From positions 13,818 through 77,817 of the forward strand of contig CAWGVG010000044.1 of NCBI GenBank assembly GCA_963825865.1: a stretch of DNA of 64,000 nucleotides. Direction: 5' to 3'. The first letter of the stretch is position 1; every line of letters begins with the position of its first letter. A model generated the notes under the pieces. It was not told where the DNA came from. It searched no databases and saw nothing but the letters and a program-made list of their open reading frames with translations. Source of the stretch: an uncultured Nitrososphaeraceae archaeon (GTDB lineage Archaea; Thermoproteota; Nitrososphaeria; Nitrososphaerales; Nitrososphaeraceae). The translations under genes and the position numbers were made by a program. This document shows positions 22,946 through 34,504 of the stretch, in pieces.

Positions 22946-23461
22946 TTAAGGATTTGTCTCCTCAATTAGCTTCTTTACAGTATCTATATTGAGGTCAAGC
23001 TGCTCAGCAATCATTTCCTCTGCAATACCCGATGCATGAAGATTCCTTAATATTTCCTTCTTTTCAGTATTTATAATATTGGAGGGAGGATAAAGAGAGA
23101 GCTGCGATTCTACTAATGTAATATAGTATAATACTTTCTTGGCTAAATCTTCTACATTCGTGGCGCTATCTGCAGAGAATACAAGTATGTGTTCGTTAAC
23201 TGGTATACTAAATAACTTTACTTTATCGTAAGCATAAACAACGTATCTTAATTCGCCTAATGATGATGCAAACATTTGCCTTAGGTCAACAATATAAGCA
23301 GATTGAGCTAAACTCCTATCAGCTTTTCCTCCCGTTAAATATTCCTCAACGCCTTCTCTTATACCTCCTCCATATAAATGGCCTGACCTTTCTATTACCC
23401 CGGCAAATCTAATTTTGGAATCGAGAGCTAATATATTCCTTGAAAATTCCTCTGCCTTCAT
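22946..23461 (-). CDS. Roadblock/profilin-like (DUF6659-type) domain protein with a C-terminal HTH-like segment
   Basis: ILALDSKIRFAGVI...GGIREG...LGELRYVVYAYDKVKLFSIP; tail GIAEEMIAEQLDLNIDTV. Confidence 0.65.
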   Translation of the reverse strand: MKAEEFSRNILALDSKIRFAGVIERSGHLYGGGIREGVEEYLTGGKADRSLAQSAYIVDLRQMFASSLGELRYVVYAYDKVKLFSIPVNEHILVFSADSATNVEDLAKKVLYYITLVESQLSLYPPSNIINTEKKEILRNLHASGIAEEMIAEQLDLNIDTVKKLIEETNP

Positions 23462-23633
23462 AATATATAGCATCATAAGCGATATAGAACATATATACTT
23501 ATTTTGGTTGTTATTTTTTATTATGCTATATCTAAAGTTTAAATTCATTTTTATCGCTCTTAGTAGTGTTTTTCTTTACCAGGTCGTCTTTTGTATTTTT
23601 AGTGATTAATGTACTATCAATACCAATATCTGT

Positions 23634-24730
23634 CTATTTTTGTATGACAGCCTCATACTCTCGTTCAATAGCTTTTAACAGGAATGCTCCATTAATCCTT
23701 CCTTTTGATTTTAGGATCGAGGTAATTGATATACCTCCAGCTCCTACACCTTCTTTTACAAAACCTTTTGCAAATGCCTGTAAACCAGGTTTGCTAGATT
23801 TAATCATATGCAGGTCTAATGCAAAAATTGGAACATCCTTTATAAGATCGACAAGATTGGATGATCGATCTCCTGTAATATAAGAGGTGGTTCCAATACA
23901 TATATTATCTAGAGACCGTTGAAACGATTTTAAAATAAGAATTACCGTAGACATTTGTGTTCCACCAGCAAGCATAACTCTACCACCAGAACTAATTACT
24001 CCGTCAGCCAGACCTGCAACAGAAGGTATCATAGGGTCTCCAAATAACGAGATTGCCTTGAATGGATCATCTTTTAATCCTCCAAAACAAATTTCCGCCT
24101 TTTTCATACCCTCGGTGACGATTCTGTTTTTAAGGGAGTGAGGGTTTTTTGGCATGCTACTACTCAATTTAAATTTGGCATCAACTCCAAGAGCAATTAA
24201 AACTCCTAATGCAGTCGTTGTGCCACCAGGAATACTCTCACCTATCACGATTAAATCATTACTTTTTGCAAGTTGTTTCCCAAGTATAACTCCGTAATCA
24301 AATGCCTTTCTAACATGATTAATATCAACCGCTCTGCCAAATTTGATATTTTTACCAGGTTCAAGACCAAATGAAACATATGGGATAAAAGGTTTAATTT
24401 TTGAACCCGCGTCAACTATAAGAAATGGAATATCTGTTAATTGCAAGGCAGTCCGAGTAATGATTGCAGGAGTTGGCTTTCCATCCGGAGTGACTGGAAT
24501 ATTATTGATACATTTGCAATGACCATAATAAAGAAATTCAGAATCTGCAGCCGAAGTGAATTTTACGAGATTCGGATTTGCACCTGCAATGGTAATTCCA
24601 GGAATTTCACATGGGTTTCGGTATGAGATATGACACAAATAAAAATGGGATTTGTAGTTGAAAATTTATTTAGTAGAGAGGAAGAAGATTGATTTAAGCG
24701 TATTATGTCGCTATATTCTTCTTCATGCAA
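23634..24730 (-). CDS. cobT: Archaeal-type nicotinate-nucleotide--dimethylbenzimidazole phosphoribosyltransferase (frameshift near the N-terminus)
   Basis: EIPGITIAG, GKPTPAIIT, GESIPGGTTTALGVL, LAGGTQM, GFVKEGVGAGG. Confidence 0.88.
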
Positions 24731-24733
24731 CTA

Positions 24734-25354
24734 CTAGCCATCACTTACCATAAAGCTAAGAAAATCTTGTATTGACCTTGACTGCATCACGTAGTTCGTT
24801 TTCTTTTCATGACCTATAGTAGATGTCGGATGTGGTCCGTAGTCATGACCTGGATAAACAATAAGCGATTCATCAAGTTTTGCAATTTTATCAAATAAAC
24901 TGTGATAAATTTCTTTAGGATCGCTTCCTGCAAGGTCTACCCTTCCACAATTTCCTACAAATAAAGTATCCCCAGTAAATACCAGATTATCATCGACAAT
25001 AAGGCACATGCTATCTTTAGAGTGTCCTGGTGTATGCAATATTCTTAGAGGGATTTTTCCTATCTTAATAATGTCACCTTCGGATACAGAGATTTGTTTG
25101 TTATCTATTGAATTTCTATGCTGAACAATTTTACCACCAGTGACTTTGGCCACTTGCTCATTACCAAGAGTATGATCAAAATGAGTATGCGTATTGATGA
25201 CGTATTTTGTTTTCCAGTCATTTTTCTTTAAAATGCCAAAAATTTTTTCTAAATCCCATGATGGATCAATGATAGCAGCTTCACCCATTTCCTCATCGGC
25301 TATAATGTATGTAAAGTTAGCCATATGACCCACAGGAATTTGGAGAACTTTCAT
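24734..25354 (-). CDS. MBL-fold metallo-hydrolase (glyoxalase II / persulfide dioxygenase-like)
   Basis: THTHFDH, HTPGHS, TGDTLF, YPGHDY. Confidence 0.9.
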   Translation of the reverse strand: MKVLQIPVGHMANFTYIIADEEMGEAAIIDPSWDLEKIFGILKKNDWKTKYVINTHTHFDHTLGNEQVAKVTGGKIVQHRNSIDNKQISVSEGDIIKIGKIPLRILHTPGHSKDSMCLIVDDNLVFTGDTLFVGNCGRVDLAGSDPKEIYHSLFDKIAKLDESLIVYPGHDYGPHPTSTIGHEKKTNYVMQSRSIQDFLSFMVSDG

Positions 25355-25361
25355 CGCTATA

Positions 25362-26042
25362 TTACACTATTCCTCTTTCGGCTTCAAGCGGGATCCCTAT
25401 ATGTTCTATATTGATTTTTCCACAGTATTTTCTGTTATTCAGTAGCCCTACCTTCATCCTATGGAAAGTAACTGTAGCATTAGCTTTTACACTCATATGA
25501 TGAACTTTGCCGGTGTTAGGATCAAGTCCAGAAGGAACATCTACTGATACAACGTAAGCCCCCGATTTGTTTATCAGTTCAATAGAAGATGCATGGAGCT
25601 CACGAATTTCTCCTTTTATCCCAGTTCCAAATATCCCATCGATAATTATGTCGGCTTTAACAATTTTCTTTTTAATTTTGTCATTCAATTTATTACCAGA
25701 GATTAGTTCTATCGAATCCATCTTTTCAATAATTTCCCAGTTGATCCTTGCTTCTTCACTTGCTATATTAGTTGGAAATCCCAATAAAATTATGGTCAAA
25801 TTAATACCACAATAACCTGCCAAATGTCTGGAAGCAACAAATGCATCTCCACCATTATTGCCTATGCCACACATAGCAACAATTTTCTTTCCCTTTAATT
25901 TGCGCTTAAACTTTGCAATTATAAAATCAGCAATTCCATGCCCTGCATTTTCCATCATATAGATTCGTCGCATTCCAATCAGATTATGCCCGTTATCCTC
26001 TATCTTGTACATTTGCTCTGAAGTAATAGCCTTCTCTTTCAT
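25362..26042 (-). CDS. nnrE: NAD(P)H-hydrate epimerase (YjeF N-terminal domain)
   Basis: MENAG, CGIGNNGGD, DGIFGTG, VDVPSG. Confidence 0.92.
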   Translation of the reverse strand: MKEKAITSEQMYKIEDNGHNLIGMRRIYMMENAGHGIADFIIAKFKRKLKGKKIVAMCGIGNNGGDAFVASRHLAGYCGINLTIILLGFPTNIASEEARINWEIIEKMDSIELISGNKLNDKIKKKIVKADIIIDGIFGTGIKGEIRELHASSIELINKSGAYVVSVDVPSGLDPNTGKVHHMSVKANATVTFHRMKVGLLNNRKYCGKINIEHIGIPLEAERGIV

Positions 26043-26102
26043 CCGCTTATTCGTCAACCGATGACAGCAATGTAACATAAAAGCGCTACTAAATATTCTT
26101 TT

Positions 26103-26639
26103 TTATGCGATTTTTTTTGAAGAAGCAAATTCCGTGTTGTGAGTTCTTACGACTTTTTGAAAAGGCATCATATAATCTTGTAGATTTAACCTTACAGAAT
26201 TATTTCCATGAATAGCGAAAGTTTTGCCATCGTAGGTACATTTTACAATGGGTATATCTTCCATATTATCAAAAATATCTGCAACTTTATAATATTCGAT
26301 TAATTTCCGTTGTTCGTAAACAACTTGACCTTTTCTCCTATATCTTTTTTTTCTCATAAACTTAAACGCTAATATAAAATGTCTCGTTTTGTAAAAGCTA
26401 AACATGTTTCTGATTATCAAACTACGCTTTATTTGATCTTGGGGGACGTATAGAACATCACCTGTTCCTGATTTTGCTTCTATGGATAGCAAGATAGCTT
26501 GTACATTGTTGACAGCAATTATATCAGGCAATCCAGTGCTAGAACCACCTAATCGTCTGGCATTCCATACTCCATTATTTAACCTTTGAACTAAAGTATG
26601 CTCAAAGCTATAGCCTCTGCTTCTACGAATATTACTCAA
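26103..26639 (-). CDS. hjc: Holliday junction resolvase Hjc-like PD-(D/E)xK nuclease
   Basis: RGYSFE...PDIIAV...IEAKS. Confidence 0.8.
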   Translation of the reverse strand: MSNIRRSRGYSFEHTLVQRLNNGVWNARRLGGSSTGLPDIIAVNNVQAILLSIEAKSGTGDVLYVPQDQIKRSLIIRNMFSFYKTRHFILAFKFMRKKRYRRKGQVVYEQRKLIEYYKVADIFDNMEDIPIVKCTYDGKTFAIHGNNSVRLNLQDYMMPFQKVVRTHNTEFASSKKIA

Positions 26640-26902
26640 TTAAACCATCCTCACAATACATATCCTCAAATTTTGTGCTATTGATGTTGTTGAACAATAA
26701 AGATAAAAGAATGGTTGCATATAATTTGATCTATCTTCAAGATAAACAAGGCATAACTACATAGTAAGGGTGTGCAAGCCTGAATGTTTCTTAATTCATC
26801 TCTTATCGGATATTCTATTGACACTCTTTAATACACGATTACAAGGATTTTTACTATAAGATAGCAAAGTCTTTATTAAAATCTAAACAACGTGTATCAC
26901 TG

Positions 26903-27533
26903 TTGCTTAACAGTGTTCAAAGCTCATTAGATGAGATTAATGATGATCTGAAGAATATAGAAGAACGGCGAGAAAAATTAATCAAAGGAACCCGTGACGT
27001 AATTATGCTATGTAGCAAATCGATTGTAGCATTACACCATAATGAAATGGAAGAAGCACAAAATAAAATGCGTCAAGCAAAGATTATGCTTGATGAATTC
27101 AGGCAGTATTCCAAGGCTGGTTTATACAAGTATATTGTAATAGCCGAACAGGAACTTGTAGAGGCGTATGGACTAAGGTCTATTGTGCAGGAATCATGTA
27201 TACCTAGTATGAAAGAATTGAATGTATCAGGTTCCTCTTATATCACAGGGTTGTTGGACTGCATAGGGGAGATAAAGCGTATGATATACGATCGGATGAA
27301 GATCAGGAAAAGCAGACGACGCAGTAAAGTTGTTCGCGTTGATGCAAGATATTCATAGCGCCGTATATCCATTTGCAGTTTATGATCATTTAGTCCCGGG
27401 TATGAGAAGAAAATTGGATATTGCAAAAATGCTAATAGAAGATATTAGAGCTGTAGTTACAGAAGAAGCTAGAAGAGAAGTAATGATAAAAGCAATTGAC
27501 GGTTTAGAAAAGAAACTTCAGAGAAGTTATTGA
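26903..27533 (+). CDS. Translin-family protein (one frameshift)
   Basis: RREKLIK, QELVEA, YITGLLDCIGEIKR, MRRKLD. Confidence 0.85.
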
Positions 27534-28046
27534 TGAATTTTCGACTTTTTTTATTAATGGGGTCAAGTCGCTCTGACAGCCCTTCTAAATTTTGGAAAGC
27601 ATTACTGAACACATATATTGTCTTATAGAAGCATTATTAGCCAACCTTTCAATATTAAAGAACACAAATCTGCATGTCCAGACTTTCAAACAAATCATTA
27701 GCAGCAACATTAGCAACATCCAAAGATGAAGATTTTGAAATACAAAGGAGGATACTTTCGCAACTGAAGGTTTTTTTACCCTCTTTGATAGATCTTGGAT
27801 TTCATAGAGTATTTACTGCATTTACAAGCCTAGTTACAAGAGTATTGAGATCAGTTTGCACCCTTTGATTTCGGTAGGTAAATTAGAATATGTTTTAAGT
27901 AGAGATGGTACTTGAAGGGGGAACTCTAGGAATTTTTCGTACGTAAAAAACTGATAATCCAAATGAAACCTCATATTACATGTGAATTGCAAAATGCAAA
28001 AACGTGGATAAAGAAAGAGTTCATCCAGTTATGATTAATTGCCATG

Positions 28047-29926
28047 TTAGTTTAGCGGCAGGGTGAATGAGAATGTTGCTCCTTTACCATCTGTATTGTT
28101 CTCGGCCCATATTCTGCCACCAAGAGCTTCTATAATACTTTTAGAAATAAATAATCCAAGTCCAGTACCTTGATAAGATTTTCCAACAAACTTTGAAAAG
28201 AGATTAGGTAATACCTCTGGGTCTATCCCTTCGCCGGTATCTTTTACACTAACAATAAGCTCTTTACTATGGCCATTTTCTTCTATCTCAGTAATGATCG
28301 ATATAGTTCCTTCATTTGTAAACTTTATAGCATTACCTACCAGATTAGATATCACTTGAATTATCTTCTCTTTATCTGCTTCTATAATGAGGGTACTATC
28401 TTGAATTAGCAGCTGCTTCTTCTTCTGCTGCTGCTGAGATTGTTGTTCTTCTTTCTCCCTCCTTTGCCTGTTTTTTATTAAATCCATACACTAGTTTTAT
28501 GTTCCTGTTAGAGTTTTTAATCTGATTTCTGTAATCATCAGCAACATTCGATATCACTTCATTTAAATTGAAATGTTCTTTGTTGAGTTTTAATGAGGCA
28601 CCTTCTATTTTTGTAACATCCAGTATGTCTTGAGAAAGCCTCTGCAGCCTTTTTGCATTCCTAAGTATAATGTTTACTAACTGGCGGCTTTCATTATCCT
28701 TTATTTTGCTGAGAAGAATATCAGATAATCCAATAATGGGTTGTATAGGAGTGCGTAGCTCATGTGCTGCCACGTTAATAAATTCTTGTTGTGCTTTATC
28801 ATGGATCTTTAACCGTTCATTTGCTGACGACAATTGTTCATTTGCACTCTCAAGTTCTTTTGCTCTTCTTTTTACTTCTTCATTTAGAGCTGCTCCATTT
28901 GGCAAGAAATACAATTAAGATTGCAATAGCAGCAGTAGTACCAGCAATTAATGAGAACATCTTTACCCTTTCTGCAAAAAGAACATCATTAATCTGCGAA
29001 TAAATCTCTGCAGTAGGTGCGACTATCCGAATAAAGTATGTTGGTTTATCATTTACAAATATTGGGTATCCTGTAGTCAATCTTTCACCTTTTCCATAGT
29101 CATAGATTGCATATCCTGCTTTCCCTGACGATAGATTGCGGACAAAATCATTTAAGACTTTATTATGTTTGATAAATTGCTGTACATAATCTCCAAAAAA
29201 GTTCTTTCCTATCAAACTCTTGCTTGCAGCAGTAGTCAGGACGGTGGCATTCTTATCATAAGCCACTAAGTACTTCGAACTAGAATTATGAACGTTTCCA
29301 TATTGCGATAAGAAACTTTCAATAGGTATAAGGGTACCAATCAATCCCATATATTGTCCATTTTCCAGATTTGTTACAGGATAACCCACAGCTATTCTAT
29401 AGTTGCCATCCAATCCAACAAAACCATTGGAAAACGTGAATGTTTTTGAGGCTATTGTTTCTTTCACCCATGGTCTTGAAGCAATATTTGTTCCTGCAAA
29501 GCTTTGTTGTCCTTTTGCGGCTAGACCAATTGTTTCGAAGCCTTTTTTATCTGCAATTACAAGCCTATCAATAATATTATTATTGCTAAGATGAACGTAT
29601 GTTTCTTCTGCTAACTTTTTTATTTTATTACTAGATAAATCGCCTTGCTGTAAGTATATAGAATTTGCTAAACCATGAAGGTTATCTACAACTAGGCTCA
29701 GATCCGTGCCAATATGTCTTGACAAAGCCTCTGTGTCTTTTAGCTGGTTTTGCAGTTGTTGTTCAAATACGCTTTTTCTGACGTTCTGCTCAGTTATGTT
29801 TTCAAGATAAAAGAATATACCATAAGATATGGTAATAATTAAAACTATGGAAATAACAGCCAATATCTTTGCTTTTCCAGCAAATGGATTCGCATATTTC
29901 TTATGTTGCAAATTATGACAGTACAT
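28047..29926 (-). CDS. Membrane sensor histidine kinase with a Cache-like sensor (three ORFs, two frameshifts)
   Basis: Two TM segments around the sensor, H-box AAHELRTP, N-box NLVGNAIKF, G-boxes DTGEGI and GTGLGL. Confidence 0.9.
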
Positions 29927-29955
29927 ATTAGATTAGGCTAATTTTTAAACTTGGA

Positions 29956-30420
29956 GGGCTCGTGATAACGCAGCGAGCTGACAACCAGATACAGATAATG
30001 TATGCCGAAGAATACAAGAGGCCTGACTTTAACCAGATGCTATCTACAGTATGGGACCTCTTTACGATGTTCGGCAAAATAAACAAAATATACATTGATG
30101 GTTCCACCCATCATTTATTCGTGTTTAAAATATAGATAGGCGAAGACGAAGAGTATGAGTAAAGGAAGCAAAGAGTAGAAAACAAAATTACGAGTTTAGC
30201 ATGGATGTCGTTCCCGTAAGCTTTTCAACCGAGCACAAGTACATGTCGGGGAACTGCAAAATGTTTTTGGAGAGGGATGGAAGACATATTGCAATCAATC
30301 CAAAGTTTGACAAGATTATAACGTCGCTAAGAACAGCAGTAGAAAACGAAGGAGGTACTGGACAAGGACGCTACATCATACGATGGCGTATTTGATGCCT
30401 TCAGGCTGGCGATGCATCAT
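29956..30420 (+). pseudogene. Decayed C-terminal fragment resembling a terminase large-subunit nuclease domain
   Basis: GLVITQRADNQIQIMYAEEYKRPDFNQML...KIYIDGS/PSFIR...VVPVSFSTEHK...IAINPKFDKIITSLRTAVENEG/VLDKDATSYDGVFDAFRLAM. Contains stops and frameshifts. Confidence 0.55.
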
Positions 30421-30743
30421 ACTCTATGGCTAGAACCTGTTTATTAGCGCGATAGATTGTAGCAGACATTGATCCCGCATTGGCATCAGTAGATCCGCTG
30501 TTGGTCATCTCCCATATAATGTGCAAAGTGGAGCTTGTGATGCAATAGTAGTATTTTATACATTTTACTTATTATAGTTTAACTTGAATGAGTTATCTCT
30601 TTAGTAGATTAATGACTAACTATACATGATTTGGTATTCTGAATAGTTATACGAAATATGTAAGTCACCAATAATAACAATCATCGGCAGTAACTTACTC
30701 ACTCAAGTCAAATATACAGTGGCATTCTAAAGATTGGTAACGT

Positions 30744-31115
30744 ATGAACGATTCAAAACCTCTATCGGCAGTTATAGTTGCTATCTTACTGGTAGTAACA
30801 TTAGTAGCAGCAGTAGTAGGCGGAGCAGCAGGAACATTAGCAGCAGCAACAGCATCTGCATCTAACGACGACAATAACAACAACATCAACAGTCGTTTAG
30901 GATGTTTCACGACTTTTCTTAAAAAAGAGGAGATAGGCTTGCTTTTGAATAATTTATGGGGCGTGGCTACTATTGCAGATTTGCCTGCACAGCTTGATAG
31001 CGGCCAACAAAATCCGGACGTAGTTCTTAAAATTCTGTTGAACATGCCAATAGAACAACCTAGGCTGAATGGGTTAATAGTGTGTCTACAAGACACAGGA
31101 ATAGTCTTTGCATAA
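30744..31115 (+). CDS. Small secreted or membrane-anchored hypothetical protein
   Basis: Hydrophobic N-terminal segment, Ala/Asn linker, domain with two Cys. Confidence 0.55.
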   Translation: MNDSKPLSAVIVAILLVVTLVAAVVGGAAGTLAAATASASNDDNNNNINSRLGCFTTFLKKEEIGLLLNNLWGVATIADLPAQLDSGQQNPDVVLKILLNMPIEQPRLNGLIVCLQDTGIVFA

Positions 31116-31345
31116 TAATAAAATCACTCTATATAATGATTTTTTGAGTATCTGAATAGTTCGATAGACAAGCACCCGGGGTAGCTTTATCTATTGAGTA
31201 CTCTAATAAATTTGGATGTGGTCTTCCAAATGCATTGGTATCAAAACTTCTTAATCCAGATCTGACAGTCAGTACAGTAGCTTAGTTATTTGAGACATGG
31301 GCATAATTCATTTCTATATTTTTAATCTATCATTTAGTGCTCGCA

Positions 31346-32388
31346 TTAACTACATAACATGTGTTTGATTGATTTTGGTCGTTGACTAGGTCTGGTTTTA
31401 TAATTGTAGTAGACAAGGATCTGATACAGTAGTGACTGACAGAAGTACCTATTCCAGCAGCCTTCTGATAGCCTCTTACCGGTAATGGGTCTATTCTAAA
31501 AATAGATTTAATATGTTCTATTAGTGGTTCTATCGATTTACTTCTCCAAGAGTAAATAGCCTGTCCTAACTCAGATTCATAGAATTGTATCAGCTCTAGT
31601 CTATTCTTTGGGGTATTTTTGTACCTTTGTACTGGACATACCAGTTCAAATCCTCTTTTAGGTACTCAAATCATATAGTTTATTGTCGTCATACCCAGAA
31701 TCACCTATCATGAAACATGTTTCTAGGAACAGAGATGATGATGATGATGATATCATAGGATTGTACATTTGATTATCCTGTACATTAGCAGTTGTAAAAT
31801 CTGCTGCTAAAGGTACTATGGTAGAACCAGTACTTGATATCAAATGTAGTTTGTAACCAAATATCCAACCTCTGGTATGACTGAATCCCCACCTGGCATC
31901 TGTATCTATACCTGAACGTGGTACTATTCCTTTATCCATAGATGATTTGTGCCAAACATGTCCTCTGGCTTTGAGCAATGTCACTATCTATTGCAACAAT
32001 ATAAGGGTCTATTATCTTCCCATTTACTAATAGACTAGTCATAGTAGCAATCCTTTCCTTGATGTCTATGGATATGGTCTTAAGACGTCTGTCAAATGTT
32101 CGTCTATCTGGTATTTGGGTAAGACCACATCTTTTCATTATCTTCTTATTGTAAGGGTAATCCATTCCTAGGAATTCATGTAATGCGTTGTTAGAATCCA
32201 TTCTAAACCACAATCTGACTATGAAACATCGTAGTATGACAGTAGAAGAATAGACGTATGGTCTACCTCTTTTTTTCATCTTTTGTGATTCTGGCCATGG
32301 TATCAAGCCTATCAAATACAGAATACCAATAAGGATGGATTCTGAACTATCATGTGCTGTCCTTTGAGGATGTTTTATTATATGTCAT
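31346..32388 (-). mobile_element. DDE transposase (IS4/IS5-like DDE_Tnp_1), frameshifted
   Basis: KRGRPYVY, IPDRRTFDRRL, AIDS, DTDARWG...GYKLHL, GDSGYDD, SIEPLIEHIK. Element ends are not securely defined. Confidence 0.85.
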
Positions 32389-32527
32389 CACAAATTCAGA
32401 CATCCAAAGGATAGCTTTAGCCTAATTCATCAATATATATTTGCAAAAAATAGAGCTGGATTTATGTCCAATCGTCAGTTATTTATTAGTTAAAAAATGG
32501 AACTAGTAACGATACTACTTAATTCAA

Positions 32528-33985
32528 TTACTTGAACTTTGCAAATGCTTCAGCCAAAAAACCATTCAAAGTCTTTTGCCACTGTGGAAATCCATCAGGA
32601 GCATCTGGATAATTATAATAATGTTCTACGAGTTTTCTATTCATTTTGGCTGTAAACTTTAGATCTTCTGCTAACTTTTGGTTAAGTTTACCCATTATAA
32701 ACATACCTAATTTATCTACGGTACTAAATTCGGGGTGTTCACCCTTTGTAATTTTATCAATATCCATTTTTGAAAGAAAATGTTTCATGCCATAGTTGAT
32801 CTGTTCGTTTGTCAATCTCTGCAACATCCTGCGAAATACTTCGAGTCCTGCCGTCTTGTAACCATAGTCATTAATAAAATTCTTATTGTATTTCCATAAA
32901 CCTCTCTCTGTATTATCATCTGCTTGAATTGCTTCCACAGCAACTTTTCCAGCAATAGTAGCTGCAATAATTGCAGGCCCGATTCCACCAGCATCAAGTG
33001 GTTTTGGCATCCATGCAGAATCTCCTACAAGCATGTATCCATTTGCAACCATACAGTCATTCTGTCTTCTTACCGAAACCTGCCATATCCCCCAGGCGTT
33101 ACCTTCGTCCATTTCACCATCAGCAATTTTCGGATTGGCGATCACAGTATTGGCTTCTACATATTCGTCGATTAGTCTTTTCAAATCTCTATGGGCGCCC
33201 ATTTCTTTGTTGATAGCATCAAATGCTTTTTGCTGCACTCCAAGACCAATGTTAACCTTATTCCTTCCCTTTGGAAATACCCAACCATATCCGCCAGGTG
33301 CAAGTTTTTGGTCTAAATGGATAATACAATAATCTGGATCAAAGTATGTTTTGTCTTCCTTTGCAATGTCAAAAGTGTAAATATATCTACCAGTGCCTTC
33401 CAGATCATTCCTATCAATTCTCCTTTGAATAAATGACTTTAATGGAAGGCTAGTTCTTAGAACGGAGGTAACACCAGTACAATCTATAACCAGCTTGGCT
33501 GTCTTTTTAAATGCAGATTTGTTACCAAGTTCGTTGCCTTCTACGCCAATTACAGTATTGTTTTCTACGATTAGTGAGCGTAGAGAGATCCGATCTCTTA
33601 CTTCAACTCCGACTTTTAACGCATCCTTCATCTGTTTTTGGGGTAATAATCTTCTATTGAGAATGTACCCTTCTCCATCAAAAGGTATGGCAGATTCATG
33701 ATCTGGCGAGTATGCGATAACACCTTTTACAGGATGCTCAATTTCAGGAAACTGCCATTTGATATCAATTCGATCTGACATGTAGTCAACAGTATCCTTT
33801 CCTACTGCATCACCACACACCCATCCCGTAATAGTTTTTTTACCCACAACAGATAATGGATTTCTATCAACAACAAGAATTCGAAGCGATTGTTTTGAAT
33901 AATATGCTGCGGAAGATGCCACAATCATTCCTGCAAGGCCTCCGCCCGCCACGATAATATCGTAATCTTCTTTATTTGAGGACAT
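32528..33985 (-). CDS. Geranylgeranyl reductase family flavoprotein (DGGGPL reductase-like)
   Basis: GGGLAG dinucleotide motif, VCGDAV, GGYGWVFPKG, VGDSA...PLDAGGI. Confidence 0.88.
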   Translation of the reverse strand: MSSNKEDYDIIVAGGGLAGMIVASSAAYYSKQSLRILVVDRNPLSVVGKKTITGWVCGDAVGKDTVDYMSDRIDIKWQFPEIEHPVKGVIAYSPDHESAIPFDGEGYILNRRLLPQKQMKDALKVGVEVRDRISLRSLIVENNTVIGVEGNELGNKSAFKKTAKLVIDCTGVTSVLRTSLPLKSFIQRRIDRNDLEGTGRYIYTFDIAKEDKTYFDPDYCIIHLDQKLAPGGYGWVFPKGRNKVNIGLGVQQKAFDAINKEMGAHRDLKRLIDEYVEANTVIANPKIADGEMDEGNAWGIWQVSVRRQNDCMVANGYMLVGDSAWMPKPLDAGGIGPAIIAATIAGKVAVEAIQADDNTERGLWKYNKNFINDYGYKTAGLEVFRRMLQRLTNEQINYGMKHFLSKMDIDKITKGEHPEFSTVDKLGMFIMGKLNQKLAEDLKFTAKMNRKLVEHYYNYPDAPDGFPQWQKTLNGFLAEAFAKFK

Positions 33986-34504
33986 TCGACTGACAGGCCC
34001 TGAAATGTCTAAACTCTATTTAAAGTTAAAATTATCGTACAATTTATAAAGCAATGCCAATTTCTGCCTTAAAACCTAGCGAACCCCCATAGGAAAACTT
34101 GCTACTAAAATACACAAAATTCAGCAATATATATAGACAGATATAGATACAGATATTTGTTCAAAAGATGTTAAAGAAATATCGCAAATATCCTACCGCT
34201 CAATGCTATAGACGATACTTTAAGATAATAGTTAAACTGATAGAGTGATTTCTCTTCTGATTGAATTGCATTACATGTTATGCTATTGATAGCAAAGATC
34301 AACATCTTTAAATGAGTAACTCTTTTAGTTTAGGTGTTTCTTATTCTCCTGTTGTTATGAGTTACTACTGCAAGAATAATAATCAATATGCCCATTAATG
34401 ATTATAGAGGCGATTAACAATTAAAAAGAAGATGGCGTATCCATAATCAAAATTTTTTATTAATAATACTATAATAATTCGCTCCATCAGCAATGGATTC
34501 ATAT

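Noticed and set aside
27540-27960. Possible decayed gene between translin and the kinase
   Set aside because: Only short protein-like stretches in mixed frames; no family recognised.
31285-32480. Terminal inverted repeats for the DDE transposase (ATGGGCATAATTC versus ATTGGACATAAATC)
   Set aside because: The match is short and gapped and no target duplication is visible, so the ends were not called.
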